Shown in pieces: positions 26,348 through 32,607 of a stretch of DNA of 50,006 bases. Origin of the DNA: a virus; IMG/VR virus record IMGVR_UViG_3300029813_000039, positions 1 to 50,006 of that record; one strand, given 5' to 3'. The notes beneath the pieces were generated by a model, which had not been told where the DNA came from, ran no database searches, and saw nothing but the letters and a program-made list of their open reading frames with translations. The position numbers were made by a program, and so were the translations under genes. The first letter of the stretch is position 1. Every line of letters starts with the position of its first letter.

Positions 26348-26653
26348 ATGAACTACGGAACAGTATATCGAATACAGAGCAAGCAAGACAGGACATGCGG
26401 TGCGTATGACTACACACCGATGTTGTATGCTACATTTATACATCCAGTACCAACACCAGAAGAAGATATTGGTATTGAACGTGAGCCACATGGATATGAA
26501 TATCATGGATGTTTATCAGCGGCAGCATTGCTCCGATGGTTTAAGAATTGGATACCAGACCTGCTTCGAGCAGGATATGAGATTGTCGCGTTGCATGATG
26601 TAACGATAACAGCAGTAGGTGAATATCAAGTATTATTTAAGTGGAATGATTAG
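26348..26653 (+). CDS. Early hypothetical protein
   Basis: 101-aa ORF. No clear SD. Confidence 0.5.
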   Translation: MNYGTVYRIQSKQDRTCGAYDYTPMLYATFIHPVPTPEEDIGIEREPHGYEYHGCLSAAALLRWFKNWIPDLLRAGYEIVALHDVTITAVGEYQVLFKWND

Positions 26654-26681
26654 GTTGATAGGCCAGAAAGTGAGGTGTCGA

Positions 26682-26846
26682 ATGATAGAATATAAAGTCG
26701 AAATCAAAGAGACGTTAAGCCGTATTGTACCAATAGTGGCTGAAAGTGAAGATAATGCACTTGGTATGGTAGAAACATGGTATAGAGACCAGGGTATCGT
26801 TCTGGACGCATCAGATTTTCAGGACGTAGAATTTGAGGTGATATGA
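26682..26846 (+). CDS. DpnD/PcfM-like small protein
   Basis: ATG 26682 with GAGGTG SD. YKVEIKETLSRIVPIVAESEDNALGMVETWYRDQGIVLDASDFQDVEFEV matches my memory of the DpnD/PcfM-like fold signature. Confidence 0.45.
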   Translation: MIEYKVEIKETLSRIVPIVAESEDNALGMVETWYRDQGIVLDASDFQDVEFEVI

Positions 26847-27022
26847 CCCGCACCTGTAAACGCAATAACAAACTGGATAAACCCGTCCATGAGATAGCTC
26901 AACTGTTCGCTGTACGGTTTATTAGCAGTTATGGTATCAAGGCAGCAGAACAGATAGCTAAGCTGGTCTATGAGAAGGTTGTGGCTTCGCGTAAGGGATT
27001 AGAAAGGAAGTATGGGAAATGA
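26843..27022 (+). CDS. Early small ORF (59 aa)
   Basis: ATGA-coupled. Hand translation MTRTCKRNNKLDKPVHEIAQLFAVRFISSYGIKAAEQIAKLVYEKVVASRKGLERKYGK. Confidence 0.45.
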   Translation: MTRTCKRNNKLDKPVHEIAQLFAVRFISSYGIKAAEQIAKLVYEKVVASRKGLERKYGK

Positions 27023-27036
27023 AAGTGAGGTGAGAT

Positions 27037-27309
27037 ATGGAAAATGTAGATAATAATAGTATCACTACAGATGGTACACCAATCGAAGACCAACACGGTC
27101 GTGAGCCGAACAAAGTGAAGTCATTGGCTCAGTATTTGGCTAAGTATGTTGAACAGGAGAAATGGAACTTTTCAACAATTACTACAGAATTTAGAGGGGC
27201 GGGACATAGTGTTGAAATTGATATAAACGACCTGAAAGGAGTTCTCCAACAAGCATTTGATGCGTATGAAAGCACAGAGCAAGTCAAGATAAGGATTGAA
27301 CGAGTATGA
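27037..27309 (+). CDS. Early hypothetical protein
   Basis: 90 aa, GTGAGGTGAG SD. Confidence 0.55.
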   Translation: MENVDNNSITTDGTPIEDQHGREPNKVKSLAQYLAKYVEQEKWNFSTITTEFRGAGHSVEIDINDLKGVLQQAFDAYESTEQVKIRIERV

Positions 27310-27818
27310 AACAATGTACTAAATGTAGGAAACGAAAACCATTTTCTGAATTTTATAAAGCGGGAAAAGGTAAAAGTGGTATTCGGGCTGCTTGTAAAGA
27401 ATGTGTGAATAGTTATAGCCGAAAATATCATTTGACAGACCAGGGCAAACAAGTTAACAATAAAGCCAATAAAAAATATTATCATGCTCATAAAGTTGAA
27501 AGAAATGAATATCGTAAAAGATATTATAAAACAGTTATAGGTTGCCTTCGTGCTCGTTTTCATTGTATGAGACGCCGATGTGCTAATCCTAAAGATATAG
27601 GATATAAATATTATGGTGGTCGTGGCATCAAATGTCTTTTTAGGTCATCTGATGAATTTGTGGATTATGTAATCAATGTGCTCAAAATTGACCCTCGTGG
27701 ATTACAAATAGACCGAATTGATAATAATGGGCATTATGAACCAAGCAATATTAGATTTACAACTGCAAAAGAGAATAGTAATAATAGAAGAAAAAACAAT
27801 GAAATACAAAGGTGTTAG
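27306..27818 (+). CDS. HNH-like homing endonuclease paralogue 1
   Basis: N-terminal CxxC...CxxC finger (MKQCTKCRKRKPFSEF...CKEC). RRCANPKDIGYKYYGGRGIKCLF and LQIDRIDNNGHYEPSNIRFTTAKEN are typical of phage HNH-type HEGs. Visibly AT-rich. Confidence 0.7.
   Translation: MKQCTKCRKRKPFSEFYKAGKGKSGIRAACKECVNSYSRKYHLTDQGKQVNNKANKKYYHAHKVERNEYRKRYYKTVIGCLRARFHCMRRRCANPKDIGYKYYGGRGIKCLFRSSDEFVDYVINVLKIDPRGLQIDRIDNNGHYEPSNIRFTTAKENSNNRRKNNEIQRC
27699..27771 (+). repeat. 73-nt stretch identical to 28709-28781 (3' ends of HNH paralogues 1 and 2)
   Basis: Direct comparison. Identity runs from ggattacaaatagaccg to actgcaaaag, while the upstream gene parts are much more diverged. Confidence 0.9.
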
Positions 27819-28227
27819 TTATACTTGTTGGGGTTATCAGGCACAAGTGAGGGTAAAAGGTCGTTTGATGTATCTTGGAATATTCAAGACTCTTGAACTC
27901 GCTGCCAAAGCGTATGACGAAGCAGCAAAGAAATATCATGGCAACAGAGCTAAACTGAATTTTACGGACCGCTCAATAACAGTGCAACAAGAGCAAGTAT
28001 ATCGTTTGTGTAGTCCAGACTTTTATAATCTAACTTATAAACAAGCTGGTATGGTGATGGGCATTTGCCAAGCTACAATTTGTCGTGAATTGAAAAGAAT
28101 AAGGAAAAAATGTCCACAATTATTTCCTCTATACCACAAACCAAGTAATTTGTCAATGTCCAGAGCATTAAATAGAAGTCTTTATTATCAACCCTGGATG
28201 GATGATAAAATAATAATGAAATTCTAA
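27799..28227 (+). CDS. AP2-domain / HTH fusion protein
   Basis: KGVSY..WGYQAQVRVKGRLMYLGIFKTLELAAKAYDEAAKKYHGNRAKLNF is an AP2/ERF-type domain. The C-terminal part (QQEQVYRLCSPDF..LTYKQAGMVMGICQATICRELKRIRKK...MKF) is paralogous to the 29107-29493 product. The frame is +1 relative to the upstream HNH ORF. Confidence 0.65.
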   Translation: MKYKGVSYTCWGYQAQVRVKGRLMYLGIFKTLELAAKAYDEAAKKYHGNRAKLNFTDRSITVQQEQVYRLCSPDFYNLTYKQAGMVMGICQATICRELKRIRKKCPQLFPLYHKPSNLSMSRALNRSLYYQPWMDDKIIMKF

Positions 28228-28309
28228 CCGAGCAACATAGGTTTATTGGGAATGGTTAGTTGCAACATCCAGTTTGAATCTGGTATTACCAACCGATCAT
28301 TATTTGAAA

Positions 28310-28813
28310 ATGAAACAATGTTCTAAATGTAAAAAATTAAAGCCAATAAGCGATTTCCACAGGAACAAACAAACTGTAGATGGCTTTAGACCAAATTGTA
28401 AAGACTGTTGTAATAAATATCATCGGAAATATTATTAAATTCATAAGGCTGAGAAAGCCAGAACTATGAAAAAATATCAACAAAATTATAAATCTAAACT
28501 TGTAGATTATGACAAAAAATATCAGAAAACACTAATAGGTTATCTCCACAAACGTTTTACAACGATGAATCAAAGGTGTAATAATCCTAAGCATTTAAGT
28601 TACAAATATTACGGCAGCCGAGGTATTAAATGTTTATTTAAGAATGCCAATAGATTTATTAATCATGTTATCAATGATTTAGGGTATAATACATTTGAAA
28701 AACTCAAAGGATTACAAATAGACCGAATTGATAATAATGGGCATTATGAACCAAGCAATATTAGATTTACAACTGCAAAAGTAAATAGTAACAATAGGAG
28801 AAAAAGAAAATGA
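28310..28813 (+). pseudogene. HNH-like homing endonuclease paralogue 2, interrupted by one in-frame TAA (28436-28438)
   Basis: 28310-28438 encodes the zinc-finger N-terminus (MKQCSKCKKLKPISDF...CKDCCNKYHRKYY*). 28466-28813 (track ORF) is in the same frame and encodes the nuclease part. It aligns gap-free with paralogue 1, with the TAA opposite a Leu codon. Confidence 0.75.
28709..28781 (+). repeat. 73-nt stretch identical to 27699-27771
   Basis: See 27699-27771. Confidence 0.9.
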
Positions 28814-29001
28814 AAAAAACTAAAACACATTATGTACCAAGACAAATGTGGGAAATTATACTTTTTGCCAATGCTGTATGCGGGCAATCTGTAGAAACAC
28901 ATAAACATCCGAGATATTACAAATCGGGGAGCACTTTTCATAAAAATCATGTTACGTGCCAAAACTGCCGGCGGACTAAAGTATTCAGGGATATAAAATA
29001 A
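28810..29001 (+). CDS. Small Cys/His-rich protein
   Basis: 63-aa ORF, ATGA-coupled to the HNH fragment. Cys/His residues CGQSVETHKH...CQNC. Confidence 0.45.
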   Translation: MKKTKTHYVPRQMWEIILFANAVCGQSVETHKHPRYYKSGSTFHKNHVTCQNCRRTKVFRDIK

Positions 29002-29106
29002 AGCCCGATAAAAGAATTTTAGAAAAGTTGTAGAAAATTCTGAGATTTTTTCTTCAAAACCCTGCAATTAGAGCTAATTCCCCGGTAGTATAGAGGGGAA
29101 CAATAA

Positions 29107-29493
29107 ATGGGTAAACGATTGATAACTAAAAAACAAGAGCAGGCATTACGCTTATGTCATCAGGACTTCGATGGTTTGTCCCCTAAAGAAGCTGCAAAAC
29201 GAATGGGTATAAGCCAATCAGCATTAAATGGGTTGTTAACTCGTCTTAAAAAGAATCCACGCTTTCGAGTATATTTTCCTATTTTGACTAAAACCGAAGC
29301 TGAGCGTTATCATCTTTATATGATTGAAGGTTGGGGCGTGGATGAAATTGCAGAGCATTTTGGTTTAACTCCTAATTCGGTTTATAAAACACTCAAACGA
29401 ACAAGAAGCAAAGGAATGTTCTTTACAGAAGCAAAAGGTCGAGTTTTGCAGTATGATTCAAACATGGATGCTTCAGTGAAACAGAAATTTTAA
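29107..29493 (+). CDS. Double-HTH, sigma-70 region-4-like DNA-binding protein (candidate transcription regulator)
   Basis: LSPKEAAKRMGISQSALNGLLTRLKK and GVDEIAEHFGLTPNSVYKTLKRTR look like two HTH units. GAGGGGAA SD. Confidence 0.55.
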   Translation: MGKRLITKKQEQALRLCHQDFDGLSPKEAAKRMGISQSALNGLLTRLKKNPRFRVYFPILTKTEAERYHLYMIEGWGVDEIAEHFGLTPNSVYKTLKRTRSKGMFFTEAKGRVLQYDSNMDASVKQKF

Positions 29494-29496
29494 TCT

Positions 29497-29574
29497 GACC
29501 AGCTTGACCCCTCACCTGCGGCCACTGCAACAATAGGAACAGGGTTGGAAGGCAGTAGGGCTGGTCTTCATTTT
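29497..29574 (+). terminator. Long imperfect hairpin plus T-run (possible terminator)
   Basis: GACCAGC (29497-29503) pairs with GCTGGTC (29560-29566). Internal CCCT/AGGG and CTGC/GCAG pairs. Followed by TTCATTTT. Confidence 0.4.
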
Positions 29575-29588
29575 AAGGAAGAATAAAT

Positions 29589-30179
29589 ATGGAAAAATCG
29601 ATAAGTTACAAAGACTATATGTTACTTGCAGACGCTTATGACAAACATTCACGAACATTAATGAGTGCGAAGGGTGAAGAGTATTCTTTAGATGGTGATT
29701 TTCTTGCAATGGAAAATAGACTTGCCGGAATGCTTGGAAAAGAACCAGAATATGTAAGCCTGGTAATGGCGGGAAAGCATATTACAGCAATAGGAATAAT
29801 TTTAGACAAAAATAAAGCTTCTGAGATCAATTTAGAAAAATTAGATGAACGAATCCGCGATGCAAGCAATTTGCTTAAAATTGCCAGTGCTTTTATTCAT
29901 GCAAAACAGAATGATTTTTCGTTGCATTTAGGAAAAGAAGAAAAACCAACAGAGTTCGTCTGTCCCGTAGGATGGGTAATAGCACTTGCTGATCACAATA
30001 ATAATTGTGGATGGTATGTTTCACCTGGAGGTACTCGATATTTACATAAAAATTTTATAATTCAACATGGTACAGGTCACAGTGATGATAATTATAAATT
30101 CGGTGAAGCCCCTGGCTACTGGCCAACGAAAGAAGCCGCAGAGGATGCACTGAAACAATATTTAGAGAAAACGAAATGA
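29589..30179 (+). CDS. Hypothetical protein (N-terminal half weakly DUF1599/Nmad1-like)
   Basis: 196 aa, AAGGAAG SD. KDY...SAKGEEYS..DFLAMENRLAGMLG...AGKHITAI pattern is only a weak recollection of DUF1599. Confidence 0.5.
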   Translation: MEKSISYKDYMLLADAYDKHSRTLMSAKGEEYSLDGDFLAMENRLAGMLGKEPEYVSLVMAGKHITAIGIILDKNKASEINLEKLDERIRDASNLLKIASAFIHAKQNDFSLHLGKEEKPTEFVCPVGWVIALADHNNNCGWYVSPGGTRYLHKNFIIQHGTGHSDDNYKFGEAPGYWPTKEAAEDALKQYLEKTK

Positions 30180-30325
30180 GAACTATTTTAATCGTAGGAT
30201 TGATTCTGATATATGTTATACTTGGCATTGTTGACCTTAAAGGCCATAATGTATCAACAGGTATATCTGCATTTTTATTAGCCGCGGTAAATGGATTATT
30301 GTTTTTCGCGGGGGGGAAGACATGA
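30176..30325 (+). CDS. Small membrane protein, two predicted TM helices (49 aa)
   Basis: ATGA-coupled. MRTILIVGLILIYVILGIVDLKGHNVSTGISAFLLAAVNGLLFFAGGKT. Confidence 0.45.
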   Translation: MRTILIVGLILIYVILGIVDLKGHNVSTGISAFLLAAVNGLLFFAGGKT

Positions 30326-30435
30326 TAGAAACATTTTTAATTGCTATTATAATGACGTTTATATGTGGTGTTTATTTTGGCCCATATATAAAAAAAATCG
30401 GAATAAAAATTATACAGTGGGGCGAATTGAAATGA
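30322..30435 (+). CDS. Small membrane protein, one predicted TM helix (37 aa)
   Basis: ATGA-coupled on both sides. MIETFLIAIIMTFICGVYFGPYIKKIGIKIIQWGELK. Confidence 0.4.
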   Translation: MIETFLIAIIMTFICGVYFGPYIKKIGIKIIQWGELK

Positions 30436-30974
30436 TAAAAACCGTATTCCTTGATATAGATGGTGTGCTTGCTAATTTCCGTAAAGGTATACATGATGCT
30501 TTCAATAAACCTTATGATTATCTTACACTATCAAAAAAATGGAAATTCTGGGATGATTGGCCTGACGTAACATTTGAAATGGTGAATGCTGCTTGCAATA
30601 TAAAATTTTGGGCAGGATTAGAATGGATACACGATGGCAAAGATATATTAATGGCAATACGGAAAATATTTAATTCTGAAGATATTTATTTACTTACTAC
30701 TCCAATGCCTAATATTGAGTCATCATTAGGCAAAGAGATATGGATAGATGCCTGGTTGCCAGAATATGTTAAACGCACCATTATTACTCGAACTTCAAAA
30801 CATTTGTTAGCTCGACCTGATACTCTATTAATCGATGATAAAAACGAGAATGTAGATGGATTCCGTAAAGTTGGCGGTAAAGCTGTTTTGATAAACAGGC
30901 CATGGAATGCGGGGCACAAAAGGGCTAATCATACAGTTGAGGATCTAAAGAATGAACTTAAAAAATACACCTAA
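30432..30974 (+). CDS. HAD-superfamily 5'(3')-deoxyribonucleotidase-like phosphatase
   Basis: Start ATG 30432 (the track ORF starts upstream across the two small ORFs). FLDIDGVLANF (motif I DxDxV), LLTTP, LLIDDKNEN (motif IV). Confidence 0.65.
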   Translation: MIKTVFLDIDGVLANFRKGIHDAFNKPYDYLTLSKKWKFWDDWPDVTFEMVNAACNIKFWAGLEWIHDGKDILMAIRKIFNSEDIYLLTTPMPNIESSLGKEIWIDAWLPEYVKRTIITRTSKHLLARPDTLLIDDKNENVDGFRKVGGKAVLINRPWNAGHKRANHTVEDLKNELKKYT

Positions 30975-31026
30975 TTTCCCACATTATCAATAAAAGAAAA
31001 TGGAAACATATTTGGAGTAAAATATA

Positions 31027-31734
31027 ATGTCAACAATAGTAGAAGTAAACAATATGTTAAAAGCTGAAATGCTTGACCGGCATAATTTCAAATGTCAACA
31101 TCGCCACGATGGATTTACTCATCCTGCTTGTTATGATGCTGCCAGAAAAGATGGAGAACGAATAGGATTCTTAGATATAGAATCCGGTGGTAGTCTTGAT
31201 GCTGATTGGGGGTTTTTATTAACTTATTGTATTAAGCGATTAAACGGGTCAATTATAGAAGGTTCTATCACTCCTGCGGAAGTACGAAAACCTCTAATGA
31301 ACGGTGGAACTAAAGATAAACGACTATTGCAAAAATTTTGTAAAGATGTTTGGGATTTTGATACATTAGTAGTATATTATGGTAAAGATACAGGTGGTCG
31401 ATACCAACGACACGATATTCCATTTCTTAGGACACGTGCTGCTAAGTGGGGAGTTAAAGGATTTCCAATGTGGAAACAGATGAAAATAATTGATCTTTTT
31501 GATATAGTTAAAGCTAAATTTAAGTTATCCAGAAGATCAATGAAAAATGCTTGTCGATTATTTGGCATAAAATCGAAAGCTTCTCCGTTTAATATGGAAG
31601 TTTGGCAAGATGCTTTAGCTGGACATCAGGCTGCACTTGATTATATTATGAAACATAATAAAGAAGATGTTATTTCAACAGAAAAACTTTTCAAGAAATT
31701 AATGTCTTATCGTGGAACTCGTGGTAAAATATGA
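31027..31734 (+). CDS. DnaQ/RNase-H-fold 3'-5' exonuclease-like protein
   Basis: GFLDIESGG (Exo I-like DxE), HDIPFL, MKHNKEDV (Exo III-like). Confidence 0.5.
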   Translation: MSTIVEVNNMLKAEMLDRHNFKCQHRHDGFTHPACYDAARKDGERIGFLDIESGGSLDADWGFLLTYCIKRLNGSIIEGSITPAEVRKPLMNGGTKDKRLLQKFCKDVWDFDTLVVYYGKDTGGRYQRHDIPFLRTRAAKWGVKGFPMWKQMKIIDLFDIVKAKFKLSRRSMKNACRLFGIKSKASPFNMEVWQDALAGHQAALDYIMKHNKEDVISTEKLFKKLMSYRGTRGKI

Positions 31735-31801
31735 AATACATAATCATATTATTAATATTCTGGATGTTGGTTCATACAACGTGGACACATAGGAGATAGT
31801 G

Positions 31802-31966
31802 ATGGGTAAAGGAGATCAATACCGGGCATCATCTACTACTCGCGAAGAACGAGATTTACGGCGTAAATATGCGACAACCAAGATGACTTTCAATCAGTAT
31901 GAACGTGAATATAAGAAGTTAATGAAACAAGATTTGATTAAAAGAAATGGAAAGGTACTGAAATGA
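31802..31966 (+). CDS. Small basic protein (54 aa)
   Basis: ATG 31802 with AGGAGATAGTG SD, ATGA-coupled downstream. A 22-codon hydrophobic ORF (31731-31799) precedes it. Confidence 0.45.
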   Translation: MGKGDQYRASSTTREERDLRRKYATTKMTFNQYEREYKKLMKQDLIKRNGKVLK

Positions 31967-32313
31967 ACAAAGGTGATAAGGTAATAATTGACGATACCAG
32001 TTACTCACGAAGTGTTATGAATAAAAAATTAGAGCATCCTGGTAATAATTTAAGATATAAAAAATGTGTAATCATTGAACTTAATTGCACATTTCCAAAA
32101 ACATCTAAGTGGGATGGTGATAATGTTAATAATACGATAGTCCAAGTTTGTGAAACTGGCCAAGTAATATTCATTGAAGAACGCTTTCTGAAATTGGTAC
32201 CGCCGAAGCATAAAATTATGATTGATATGGTTTGTTATTCTGGTTATGCTATGACTGGTAAAATACTTGAAATCTCCGACAAACTTTATCAGGAGATCAA
32301 ACGTGAGTCATAA
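31963..32313 (+). CDS. Hypothetical protein
   Basis: 116-aa ORF. Confidence 0.55.
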   Translation: MNKGDKVIIDDTSYSRSVMNKKLEHPGNNLRYKKCVIIELNCTFPKTSKWDGDNVNNTIVQVCETGQVIFIEERFLKLVPPKHKIMIDMVCYSGYAMTGKILEISDKLYQEIKRES

Positions 32314-32433
32314 GCCAAGTAAACTCACACGCACCAAGCCTAATAAACAAGCCAGGCGAACACGCAAGATGCAAAAGCGTAAGATGCTTAGGGGACTCAC
32401 TGTACCCCCGGCGGGTGGGAGGAGGAATAAATA

Positions 32434-32607
32434 ATGGCAAAAGAACAAAAAGAAACACAAACAATGTTAGTTAGTTTTGAATCAGGACATTATAAAAAAG
32501 TTACTGGAAAATGGAAAGGTGATAGTGTTTGGACTCATTGGATAAAATCTAATGGGAAGACAGTGCATATAAATAAAGACAAAGTTGAATACTATGAAGA
32601 GTTATAA
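32434..32607 (+). CDS. Small ORF (57 aa)
   Basis: ATG 32434 with GGGAGGAGG SD. Stop abuts the polymerase ATG. Confidence 0.5.
   Translation: MAKEQKETQTMLVSFESGHYKKVTGKWKGDSVWTHWIKSNGKTVHINKDKVEYYEEL

Noticed and set aside
27788-27800. Programmed -1 frameshift on the A AAA AAC heptamer at the end of HNH paralogue 1
   Set aside because: The -1 frame hits TGA two codons later. The AP2 ORF is in the +1 frame, so a classical -1 slippery-site mechanism cannot link the two.
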